Shown in pieces: positions 1 to 15,800 of a stretch of 64,000 nucleotides of DNA. The notes beneath the pieces are model-generated. The model made no database searches and was not told the DNA's origin. It saw only the letters and a list, made by a program, of their open reading frames with translations. The stretch's first letter is position 1. Every line of letters begins with the position of its first letter. The translations under genes and the position numbers were made by a program. This DNA comes from Tubulanus polymorphus (lineage: Eukaryota > Animalia > Nemertea), in the NCBI RefSeq assembly GCF_964204645.1, contig NC_134028.1, forward strand, positions 11,019,063 to 11,083,062, read 5' to 3'.

Positions 1-944
1 CATAGCAATGTTATATTTTTACAACTCTATTCTTCATCACTGCTGCTATTGCTGCTACTAGAAACTTACTCTGGCATGCGCGTGTGTGTGTTACAATCAG
101 TTATTTTTGTTATTATGGTTAACACAGTTTTTTTGGAGTTGTCAATAAAAGACTTGTAGAAATTTGAAAAAAAAATAGAATTGTTTGTTATCAATTAGTT
201 TTTTATAGAAATTCTGAGGGGTCCAGGACTGAAATAATCACAGTGAGGATAAAACAGTTTGATATCTGGTCGAGGCACAAAGGAAATAATAACAGTGGAA
301 ATTCTGTGGAAAATATGATGGAAATTTGACATGAGAAATTATCTTTATTGGATAGTTGTAACAGTCATCGTCGCATAAACATTTCTGAGAAGTTGACAGT
401 AATTGGGATATGAAAGTGTCACACTCCTAGAAATGTGTAACTTTCTCTTTGAATTCTGGAATGACCGATCTGTAGGGACCCTGTATATGTATCCACATAT
501 AAACATTAATTTGCATCCTGGTTGTGTTGAAATAATTTCATATTTATAAATCTAATAGTTTATAAAATTCCACAGCTATGAATCATTCTGTTGGCACACA
601 CCCAACCTTGAGAATATCCAGATGATAATTATCTAAATATCATACGTGAACTGATATGATATAATGAACTGATATGAATAGGCTGGATCAATGTTGAAAG
701 GAAAACCAGAGCTGGGGGGAGAGCCTCGTAAATTAGCGATATTTTGTAAGGTGCAATGGAAAAAAGATAAAAGATGCTGAAATATTAAACGCTATGTTAT
801 ATAAATGAGGACTTTGATTTTACTGGTTTGGTCTGATTCGGAATCGAAACGAAAGACCAAAAAATAAACCCGAGCCAAAGAGAGCATTAATTAACCCTCA
901 CCAAAATAAGCAAAGAGGTAATGGCTGTAGCCCTAGCTCGGCCG

Positions 945-1043
945 TAACCCTAACCCTATGGCGACCGTAGCCTCATAGGCCGTAACCCTAACCCTAGGGC
1001 GCTCATAACCCTAACCCTAGGGCGCTCATAACCCTAACCCTAG
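945..1043 (-). repeat. Interstitial telomere-like (TTAGGG) repeat fragments
   Basis: Four blocks of TAACCCTAACCCTA separated by short GC-rich linkers such as GGGCGCTCA. Confidence 0.75.
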
Positions 1044-1106
1044 CAAGACTCGAACCTAAGACCTCTAGACGGCAGCCGAGCTCGCTAACCACTAGGCCAC
1101 TGCACC
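1040..1106 (-). pseudogene. tRNA-Gly(GCC)-like pseudogene or tRNA-derived SINE head
   Basis: The reverse complement reads GTGCAGTGGCCTAGTGGTTAGCGAGCTCGGCTGCCGTCTAGAGGTCTTAGGTTCGAGTCTTGC. It has an A box (TGGCCTAGTGG), an anticodon-like loop (CTGCCGT) and a B box (GGTTCGAGTC); the stems are imperfect. Confidence 0.6.
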
Positions 1107-2289
1107 GTAGTGATTGAGTTTGTAAATATGTCCGGTTAGTGTGGTGACTGGTGACTGTTGACCAGTCAAGTGTGGTGACCATCAGTCGTGGTGACCTCAG
1201 GTGTGGTCGACACCAAACACACTGAGTTATATTTTTTAATTAGTGGTTTTTGAGTGCATTATAATTTACTGTGTGACCGGTTGGTTTCGTATTTGCAGAA
1301 TGCTCATAAAGACAAAAATTCGTATTCAATTCTTATATGTTTATGGAGAGGCCAGTGCGCGGGCTCTGATTCTCCTCTATAGAATACAAGCCCGGTTTTT
1401 AGTTCAATTGTTACTTGAACTGCTATTAAAAAACTTAATGCATTTATGAAAATAAAGCCAGGTGTTTAAAGAATACCTATTTCATACTGTTGTCAGGGTA
1501 CTCATTGTTCAGTGCCAGTTTAAAAAATTCTCAAGCTTTCTCATTGTAGTAACCTGTATTTGATTACATGTCGCAACGATACCGATCAAGCGAGCTGCCT
1601 GTACTGTCGATAAATAAACGATTGTGTTCAAAACAAATATCTAAGCAGAATCTAAAACGGCCAGTTTCGACCACTGAAATTCCACTGTGGCCGCCGCCCC
1701 GGGGGGCTGCACTTTTCCCGTGTTACGGTCACTATTTCATATACGGGTAACTAAAACGCAACTTAAATCTATGGAGTCTTCGCGCATCAACGATTTACTG
1801 TTTATATATTTTTAAGATACACACGCAGGCCTACAATCTGAGGCGACTTCTTCGGCGCGGCGGGTGCCGGTGGGTGCCGGTGCGCCCGCCCCTGGTTTTT
1901 TAATCTTACTTGAACTGCTGTTAAACTTAATTTCTCTTTTTTATAATTAATTGTAAATACCATTTTTCCTCCATATACCATGGAAATGGTCGGGGTGAAA
2001 TAAATTCAGCCGTAAGAGTCGTATTCCCGGCGGTCTGACGCCGGAAAAAAAAGGTTTTTGGTGATAAATAGTTTGTCCTCTTTCCCAGTTAAAAGTGTCT
2101 GGCAGGCGAGTATTAAGTTAGTTCCCGCCTTTGCCGCCAACGTTGTATATGGGGCAGCACTTGACGGTTTAGATTGTGAGAGATATAGTGGCGCGACAGG
2201 TCGACGGCAGTGGATCAGGGACCTGTCATGCCACTTCGTCGATAAAATACGTAAAAATTCATCTCTAAAAATCGTTTTTATATGAAATT

Positions 2290-5134
<2,845 letters not shown>

Positions 5135-5467
5135 CCCCCTACAAACTCCCCAACCTTGTGTGTTCAATATTATAAATGTATGTCTACCATAGATGTAGAC
5201 ATTCTCTAATAATACAGTAACTTGTCTATCACAGTTGTAGACATTGTAATATTATTATCTATTAATGGTTTGTTTTTATTTGTTTTAATCTGATTAAAAA
5301 TCGTTTTAAAAATGCATTTGTTTTAATCTCGACTCGGTTTAAACTTTAACCTCTTCCATTATTGAAATACATGTGAAACATTGTTTATGATGATGAAATA
5401 AACTAATTTGTTTATTATGAATAAATTCTTGTTTTTGTATGAAACCTGCAATTGAGGAGCCCCTCGT

Positions 5468-5741
5468 CAGGAATGCCAGAGGAACTCTTAACCCGTCATG
5501 AGGAATGCCAGAGGAACCCTTAACCCGTCATGAGGAATGCCAGAGGAACCCTTAACCCGTCATGAGGAATGCCAGAGGAACCCTTAACCCGTCATGAGGA
5601 ATGCCAGAGGAACCCTTAACCCGTCATGAGGAATGCCAGAGGAACCCTTAACCCGTCATGAGGAATGCCAGAGGAACCCTTAACCCGTCATGAGGAATGC
5701 GAGAGGAACCCTTAACCCGTCATGAGGAATGCGAGAGGAAC
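5468..5741. repeat. 32-bp minisatellite (AGGAATGCCAGAGGAACCCTTAACCCGTCATG), about 8 copies
   Basis: Tandem array with period 32 (copies at 5501 and 5533), downstream of the KAT7 AATAAA signals. Confidence 0.95.
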
Positions 5742-5772
5742 ACCTGAGGAAAATGTAATCTTACCTTTATCT

Positions 5773-6360
5773 GCAGGAGACTGGCTCCTTCAGTCCTCTG
5801 TATCGCGCAGGAGACAGGCTCCTTCAGTCCTCTGTATCGCGCAGGAGACAGGCTCCTTCAGTCCTCTGTATCGCGCAGGAGACAGGCTCCTTCAGTCCTC
5901 TGTATCGCGCAGGAGACAGGCTCCTTCAGTCCTCTGTATCGCGCAGGAGACAGGCTCCTTCAGTCCTCTGTATCGCGCAGGAGACAGGCTCCTTCAGTCC
6001 TCTGTATCGCGCAGGAGACTGGCTCCTTCAGTCCTCTGTATCGCGCAGGAGACTGGCTCCTTCAGTCCTCTGTATCGCGCAGGAGACAGGCTCCTTCAGT
6101 CCTCTGTATCGCGCAGGAGACTGGCTCCTTCAGTCCTCTGTATCGCGCAGGAGACTGGCTCCTTCAGTCCTCTGTATCGCGCAGGAGACTGGCTCCTTCA
6201 GTCCTCTGTATCGCGCAGGAGACTGGCTCCTTCAGTCCTCTGTATCGCGCAGGAGACAGGCTCCTTCAGTCCTCTGTATCGCGCAGGAGACTGGCTCCTT
6301 CAGTCCTCTGTATCGCGCAGGAGACAGGCTCCTTCAGTCCTCTGTATCACGCAGGAGACT
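5773..6360. repeat. 34-bp minisatellite (GCAGGAGACWGGCTCCTTCAGTCCTCTGTATCGC), about 17 copies
   Basis: Near-perfect head-to-tail array with period 34 and no unique spacers. Confidence 0.95.
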
Positions 6361-6700
6361 ATACTCATGTATAATGTTTATAGGATTCACTAATAATCTG
6401 TTCTCATGTCTGACCTCAATTTAACAAAAGATGTTTGGGGAAACCGGCGACTATTGTGTCCAATAAGGGAAAGTATGGTCCATCTCGATCAGGTAAGGTA
6501 GGTTGATAAAAGTGAGAATGGTCCACACCTGAGTGAGTTGAAGGTAAGGCAGGGTGACCGACGGTGAAGAACTGTAACAATGATTTCTATTGCATTCAAT
6601 GATTATATTTTATACGTTAATAATAAATATATTATAGAATTATAGCACATTATTGAGTAACCGTGGAAACAGTTCCACCGCGAATCGAGCGTTTGGCAAT

Positions 6701-9700
6701 TTATAAATCTTTCTTCCATTGTTGGAATATTTTCTCCGCTGCATCGAGTGATTCATCTTTCTGTAAAATCAAAATAAAAAAATGTCAACAATTATTTGAT
6801 GACCTGTGGGGCAAGAGGGAGGGAGGGAGGAGAGGGAGGGAGGAGAGGGAGGTAGGGAGGGAGGAGGGAGGGAGGAGAGGGAGGGGGAATGGACAGGATG
6901 AAACTGACCTTTATAAAAGTGAATCTGACGAGATTTTCAGCTAAATGTTTGTGTTTTGAACTGTAGAATGCGCTCGGTGGAATTGCGGATAAACGTTTCT
7001 GTTTTGTCATCCATCGGACGAATTGAAAATCCTTCGGATCATCCGTACCATCAGTTTCAAATTCTACACGACAACAATAAATACAGTTACACACGATCGA
7101 TTAAACACTGATACGCCATCTATCAGTGAAATGACTTACTAATATTAGACACGTCTGCCATCATGAAGTATCCTCCCTCAGGTATCATAGGAACAGCTCC
7201 GATGTCCAGTAACATTTTCGCTAAACGATCACGTTTTGGTTGTAATTCAGCAGGAAGCTGATGGAAATAACAATCACTCGTTCCTATCTTCTGTGATTCA
7301 CATTCAAATCCAACAGCTAATGCTTCCTATAAATACATACAGAGACATCTACTGGTATATCAGTGTACTAAACTCAGTGAGACCCCTAGTGGTATATCAG
7401 TGTACTAACCTCAGTGAGACCCCTAGTGGTATATCAGTGTACTAACCTCAGTGAGACCCCTAGTGGTGTATCAGTGTACTAAACTCAGTGAGACCCCTAG
7501 TGGTGTATCAGTGTACTAACCTGTATAGGTGTAGCTGTTGTATACAAACTGTTCTGATGAATTATCTGAAGAGCCCTGAAAAAATCAATATCGTGAGATA
7601 AATATCTTTGTATTTCTCGAGATATTCACAAGCGATGAATAATAAATACATATTTACTTGATGAGATATTGCGGTCCAATAGTCCATCCGACCTTCCAGC
7701 CTGTAGCGCTGAATGTCTTACCGGCGCTACCTATTGTCAGCGTGCGTTCCCACATTCCGGGTAACGTCGCTGAAATCAATATACACCGTAAGTATTTTCG
7801 CTCAGTATGGCGCCCTCTAGTAAGAATCATACGTACCGATTTTAATGTGTTGATGACCCTTGTAAACCAACCATTCATAAACTTCATCAGCGACGCAAAC
7901 AACATCATGTTTTATACAGAGAGACCGGATCAACTCGAGTTCATCGGCCGTAAATATCTACAATACAACAATATCATCACTGTGTTTAACTATAGGGGGC
8001 GCTGCACTCATCACGTCATGTTTGAGAGACCGGATCAACTCGAGTTCATCGGCCATAAATATCTACAATACAACAATATCATCACTGTGTTTAACTATAG
8101 GGGGCGCTGCACTCATCGCGTCATGTTTAAGAGAACGGATCAACTCGAGTTCATCGGCCGTAAATATCTACAATATAACAATATCATCACTGTGTTTAAC
8201 TATAGGGGGCGCTGCACTCATCGCGTCATGTTCAAGAGAACGGATCAACTCGAGTTCATCAGCCGTAAATATCTACAATCACTGTGGGCACAGCACTGAT
8301 CGCTCACAGGTGGCGCTACTGTTACTTTACCTTGCCGGTCGGATTATGAGGTGTATTAACGATGATAAGTTTTGTTTTCTCTGTGAATTTTCCCGCTAAT
8401 TCTTCCGGGTCGAGATGCCAATCACCACTACTCATCATCTTACCAGCAGGGGGCGCTTTCTGAAATCACAGAAATTATCATTAGAAATGAATTCAGAATG
8501 ATAATTCAACAACTGTAGGGATGAAACTCACCGGTCGGAGAGGTATAAACACAGGTGTTCCCCCGGCAACGCGTACCATCGGTTCATAACAATCGAAAAA
8601 CGGCTCAATTATAATCACCTAAACATAATAAACAAATTAGTACAGTATATGACTGATAGATGGCGCTGCGGTATATTTACCTCATCTCCAGGGTTAACGA
8701 GACCCTGTATTGTATAATACAGAGATCCAAAAGCTCCGACTGTGATGATTATTTCATTCATTGGATCGATTTCACGTTTCATGATTGGAGAGAATGTATT
8801 CGCTAATGCGTTCACCAGTCTCGGGTGACCCTAAAATAGTTACAATCAGATATACAGTGAGACTCGAGAGTTCCTACTGCGGCAAGTGAATGAATATTTA
8901 CCGTACTACGGGTGTATTGATTCATCAATGCATTGTCGCTACGGGTTGCGGCCGATAACGCGTCAATTACAAACTGAGGCGGAGCAAAATCTGGAAAACC
9001 CTATAAATAGAGATGATTGACAGGTGATATAGGTATAAATTAGAAAGGGGGAGGAGTTAGAGGTATCAGGTGTGTCTGTTACCTGTCCAAGATTCAGTGC
9101 TTTATAATCAGTCGACAATTTACCAAACTCAACCCTGAAACACACAAATCATCAACACTTCATCAACGACTGACTGACTGACTGACTGACTGACTGACTG
9201 ACTGACTGACTGACTGACTGACTGACTGACACTTACCAGACATTTTTATCGACACCTCGAGTCCGATCTGCTGGAACGACTTTCTTCGACATTTTACTCT
9301 GTAAAATAAAAACTATCGTCACTGATCAATAAAACAATATAACAGTGAATAAATATATTAAAAATGTCAAGTGCAATAAAGTAGAACATCGGCCTCCAAC
9401 CCCAACCCCAGCACTTCTATATCAGTAGTTTATCTTATCAGTAGTAGGACACAACAGGCCCTACTAAAGTAAGTAAGTGGAACATACGTGATTATTATCA
9501 GCAGTGTTAAACCAACGGCACTGGTTTAAACTCAACCAACTCCGAGATCGACACCTGCTGCTGCTGCTGCTGTGTCTGCTGCAGCTGTAGTTTCTCAAAT
9601 GTGTTTGTTGTTGATGAATATTTATGATGGTAGGATTTACCACCGCACAGCTGACACCCCTAACCCCAACAGCAGCTACAGCACATAGTCTGTTTAAACA

Positions 9701-9760
9701 ATCAGATTTACATCCACTTCCAGCTAGACGAATTAAACTACTCGATAGTTTCGAATTCAT
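6701..9760 (-). CDS. KYAT3: Kynurenine-oxoglutarate transaminase (KYAT1/KYAT3, CCBL family) with a probable mitochondrial presequence exon
   Basis: Motifs include [42 protein letters not shown], the PLP-lysine motif [24 protein letters not shown] and FVRFTFIK. Stop at 6701-6703. The first exon (ATG at 9760) is Arg/Ser-rich, and a second ATG near 9291 starts [10 protein letters not shown]. Confidence 0.88.
7352..7520. repeat. 37-bp intronic minisatellite, about 4.5 copies, beginning at a KYAT splice donor
   Basis: Unit GGTATATCAGTGTACTAAMCTCAGTGAGACCCCTAGT with period 37. Confidence 0.9.
7921..8278. repeat. 105-bp tandem repeat, about 3.4 copies, spanning a KYAT splice acceptor
   Basis: GAGA(C/A)CGGATCAACTCGAG recurs at 7921, 8026, 8131 and 8236. 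Confidence 0.92.
9167..9230. repeat. (GACT)n microsatellite in a KYAT intron
   Basis: Directly visible. Confidence 0.95.
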
Positions 9761-9854
9761 TATTTAAAACACTAATTAATAAATGACGTTTCTCAATCAC
9801 AACAACACAGCTCCACGACCTTGAGAATAGAGAGAACTCGCTCGGTGGGTGACA

Positions 9855-11293
<1,439 letters not shown>

Positions 11294-11701
11294 ATCTATG
11301 GTGGAATCCAGCTGGGAATCACAGTTTCATCAGAAACATGTACTCTGAGATCTGCTCTGTTGGAATCATTCATTTAAATGTCCGGATCAGTTTCTTAAAC
11401 TATGATGAAAATGGATTCCATAGTTTGGGAACTGGATTAGCCAGGGCCTGTGATTCGTGCGCCATCTATCGCACTGTTGGCCTACTACACCTCGTCGATC
11501 GGACTACTTTATCCGCGAGAAATGTTGAAGATAATAACGAGGTCTTGTAGCATCATTAAACGGGCACAAATTGATGTTGTTATTTATGTTCATATGAAAT
11601 TGTTGTTTTTGAGAAATAAAACTTAATAGAAACTGCGTAATTCAAGTATTCTTTGTACTATTTCCTGTCGGCGATCGTGTACTTGTGACATCGGGTAATA
11701 C

Positions 11702-11760
11702 GGTTGGCGCAATGATCGTGATGCGCCGATTATTGGGTTCGAATCCCGCGGGGACGATCT
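11702..11760 (+). mobile_element. Degenerate tRNA-derived (SINE-like) head
   Basis: A-box-like TGGCGCAATG and B box GGTTCGAATCCC, without a complete cloverleaf. Confidence 0.45.
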
Positions 11761-12882
11761 GGACCAGGCTGTCGGGTTTATGATATGGTCGTTGGCTTCG
11801 TCACACTATTTACCGAACGTAGTCAACTGAAATTAAAAAGATAATTGCATTTTCTGCAGAAACGAAAGTAAAAATGGTAATAGAAATTACATATTTTTAA
11901 ACCGCAAAAAGAATTTTTTCATTTGATGGATAAAATATGGAATATAAAGCATGTACGAAGAACTATTTTCTGTCCGCGATCGCATAATTTGGGCCTTCGT
12001 AAAGTGGCATGCGTCTTGATACCTCGCATGCCACTACTGGAATTATTATCTATTACGTTCGAATCCCATAATTACCATCTTTTACAGCGGTCCGGATAAC
12101 GATATAATGGATGAAACAATTAGGAGTTAATTCCGCCCATTGAGCCTCAAACAATTATCATCCATCAGCTTCAATAATAAATAAATACCTAAATATTCAT
12201 CATTTTTCATTTTTATTTGAATTCCATGAATATGAGTAAACATAGTTATTGCACCTTTCAGCTCAAATGAAATTCCATTCTTTATTTACAAATAAACGAT
12301 TTTAAACATTGGTTTTAGATTTATGGCCTATCACAAAATCACGGACAGATCTTTGTAAAAACATAAAGGCAAAAAAACAATTCTTTCATGATTTCTAAAA
12401 TGCAATCAACTGGAAAAATGAAAATGCAATGGGAACAAATTTCAGCCCAAAAAAAACGATTTCTTGAATAAAATTAAATCAAAAGTTGGTCTGGTTCTAG
12501 ACATTTCATGCAATTATAATAATTTGACTTACACATTAAAGCGGCAACGCCCCCTGGTGACGAGGACTGGCGGTGAACCCCTATATTGTATACAGAAGGC
12601 AGTTGTGAGCATTATATAAACATAGTTACATAGCACCAAGCAATAAATATCAAAACAGCTGAAATCTCAAATATACACTATCAATCTCAAATATACACTA
12701 TCAGCCTCACATTCAGATATCTACATCTCAAACTAAACAAATCATTAGATAATCAAATAAATACAATGAGATCTCAAAATATGTATGGTCTGAAATCTCG
12801 AAATATATGTGATCTCAATATGAACACTGTGTGAGATCTCAATATGAACACTGTGAGATCTCAATATCAACACTGTGAGATC

Positions 12883-15800
12883 TCAATTAATTTGTTGTAG
12901 AAATGAATTATACAATGAAACTAAAGCCGATCTCGTAATTCCACATAAAAATTCCAACCGATAAAAAAATTCACCAGAATTACAATTTTTCTTACGTATA
13001 ATTTTATTAATCATTCTCGCTCGTTCTACGTCTAACCATAATTGCATTCCGATCTCGTCTATAGATGGCGCTTTAGAAGCGGTAATTAACGGTTCGCTCG
13101 GACCCCACAGAACGAACGCTAACGTCTCCACGCAGTGACGTAAACTTTCTAATTGATTGTTATTGAGAAGTTGAGTTAATTTAAACACAGTTTTCTTGTA
13201 TAGAAATTCTAAAGGATCGTTTAATGTAGCGAACGTATCAACCTCTAACAGTCTCAATATTAATCCTATAATCTCCTTACAGATTATCTCACCCGGATTA
13301 TCATCTTCATCATCGTCATCACCGGTTACCGTAGCGATGGCGCATACGTGACTAGGGTCGACTAGAATAGTTAAATCAGGAGTAAGGAGGATACACTCCG
13401 GGCTTAAATCACGAAACACTAAACTATGTTTAGCTAATGCGGTCGAGAAATGTAAAACCTGGATTAAAATCGTACAGATTTCACAGAAATACCCGTCTAA
13501 ATCTGATTGTTGTAATTGCATTAAATGTTCGTTTAAAGATTTCACCTGTTCAAACGGTAACACTGTAATATACGCCCTAGATACGACCTCCGTAACCACG
13601 GCGATATCAGACGGAACAAACTGCGACGGAATTACCGAATTAAAACGCTGCGTCGCTATGACAACCGACGGGTGACTGATTTCATCCATTTCTGAACAGA
13701 TCGGTTGCCGTGACACCTGAAAATATACCGGGATATAGTAACAATTCCGACCGATAGATGGTGCTGTATTAAAATGCAAATCACTACTCACCCTCAGCGT
13801 ACATCGAATAGAATCATTATCTCGTAGATGGGCGGAATAATAGATGGCGTTAGCGGTATTGACAATATTGTCAGAAGCGTGTAAAACAAAGTTTCCCCAA
13901 CCGACATTTTTACCAGTATCGATGACCTATCAATTATAAACAGATTAACAGTAAGGGGTCAGTCAGTAAGTTCTGGGGGGTCAGTAAGTTCTGGGGGGTC
14001 AGGGGGGAGGTTATAATTTACCTGATTATTGGAATAGTTTTTTAACCAATCATGAAACATGTTTCGTAGCGTGTCTAAATTCATACGTGAAACGCATTCA
14101 TGAGTTGTTTGTACGTCTGTGATACTAACGCCCTCTGGTAGCCGATGACCTAAACATAAACATAATCAATCATCATTAACTTATCACACGTGGCAACAGA
14201 GTAAACTAGATTGTCGTAATAGTTACCACGACGACCGTGAGACATATCCATATATTCAGAATCGTCGCTGGTCGAATCAATACTGTTGCTACGGGATACT
14301 ACACCGTTGCTATGCGTTTTATTGATCGGTTGTTGTCTATAGATCAATACGTATTGTTCGGGGAGAGAATCACGATTCCTTCTACGCCGAGATTCACCGA
14401 ATGAATCGCGTCTGATTGAAACCCCCGACGACGACGATTCACTCCCCGACGACGTGTTGCGTAACGACTCGACTCTCGTTTCCCGTAACGACTCGCTGCG
14501 AGGAGGAGGCTGACGATGAGGTAATGTTGCCGATCGACCGGTGATTGTTGCGATATCGTTGCAGGTCTCAGGAGGAGGATCGATAGTGTTTGTAGGTAGT
14601 GATATTTTACGGGAACCACTCGGACCACCGACATCTAAAACTGCAAATAAATTCTCCCAAGAACTCGAAATATTCTCACTATTCTCAACTGATAATAACT
14701 GATCGTTCTTGGGTTTATCTTCTAATCCCGGATTATCGCATTCATCTAATCCGGGATTATCAGTTTGTCGAGAGCGGTTTAAACTGTTAGTATTATAATA
14801 CTGACGAGGTACAGTTTTAAAAGGTGTTAAATATCCTTCCATCGAGTTACGTTGATTCGACGACGGTTTCTCAATGTCGCCATCTATTAGCTCGTATGCG
14901 ACACCGCCTGCGGTGAGTGTATCCACCGCTGTATCAGCTGCTGTATCGCGAGGTAATATTACCGGTTCGTAGATTCTACTTGCTAGACGGCGCTCAGCGG
15001 TATCCGCGGTGACCGATGTCTCGTCCGGTAGTGTTTCATACGTGTGATTATTGGATTCTATAAATAGATCAATTACTGAGTTCAAACTGTTTCAGTGTTT
15101 GACGTTTCATGTTTATATCTGATATATATTTACCTGTAACTGGAGCAGACGGAGCACTTTCTCTCCGTTTGGTTAAAGTTAAACTGCGGCCGCTGCCATC
15201 CACCTGTAATTACACATAACATCTCGGGTTATACAACAATAGACCGACCTATAACTGGTAACCACGATAACGGATTTATACTTACACTAGAGATACGAGT
15301 AGGAGGCGGTGGACGACTCGGAGGAGCACGATTAGCGCCATCTAGTGTAGAGAACGGTCTATTATGTGCCGGAGGGGGAGGAGGTCGAGCTCGTTTACTC
15401 GCCGCTGTAAACGCAGTCGACGATGACGTCGTAGCCATAGTAACTACTACGCATTGTTGATTATTATGAGTAGGTATAGGTGGCGGTGGTGCAGGTGGTT
15501 TCCTGATCGCGGTCCGGACCGGTTGTTTATTCTCCGAGTCGACAGTAGTTTCATCCTCCGTGTAACTACGAGGTCGTTGTTTCTCGGCACCGGTTTGGTC
15601 CGGACCGGCGTTAATTAATCCGGGAATAGATTTAATTTGTTCAATTGGTTTTGGTCCCGAAATATCGTCTTTAGTAAAACTAGCTCGTTTTTTAATCGGG
15701 TTCGACGACGATGACGATGTTTTAGCCTCTTTCTGATTTCGTCGTTCTTTATTCTGCGTTATTTTCGAATCGACATCCTGTTGCCTAGCGACGACGACGC

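Noticed and set aside
1-850. Gene at the start of the window
   Set aside because: The region is AT-rich with an AATAAA near 144 but no recognisable coding exon; at most it is the 3' tail of an upstream gene.
945-1043. True telomere or chromosome end
   Set aside because: There are only short interrupted blocks with ordinary sequence on both sides.
1040-1106. Functional tRNA gene (also 11702-11760)
   Set aside because: Acceptor and anticodon stems do not pair properly, so these are kept only as tRNA-derived fragments.
5468-6360. CRISPR-like arrays of 32-37-bp repeats (also 23823-24582 and 29148-29520)
   Set aside because: The units are head-to-tail with no unique spacers, there are no cas genes, and the context is eukaryotic. 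They are minisatellites.
5722-6393. 223-aa ORF
   Set aside because: It is read-through of a 34-bp array cycling through three frames and has no domain.
7658-8399. Plus-strand ORFs with 35-aa repeats
   Set aside because: They are antisense to KYAT and are produced by the 105-bp duplication.
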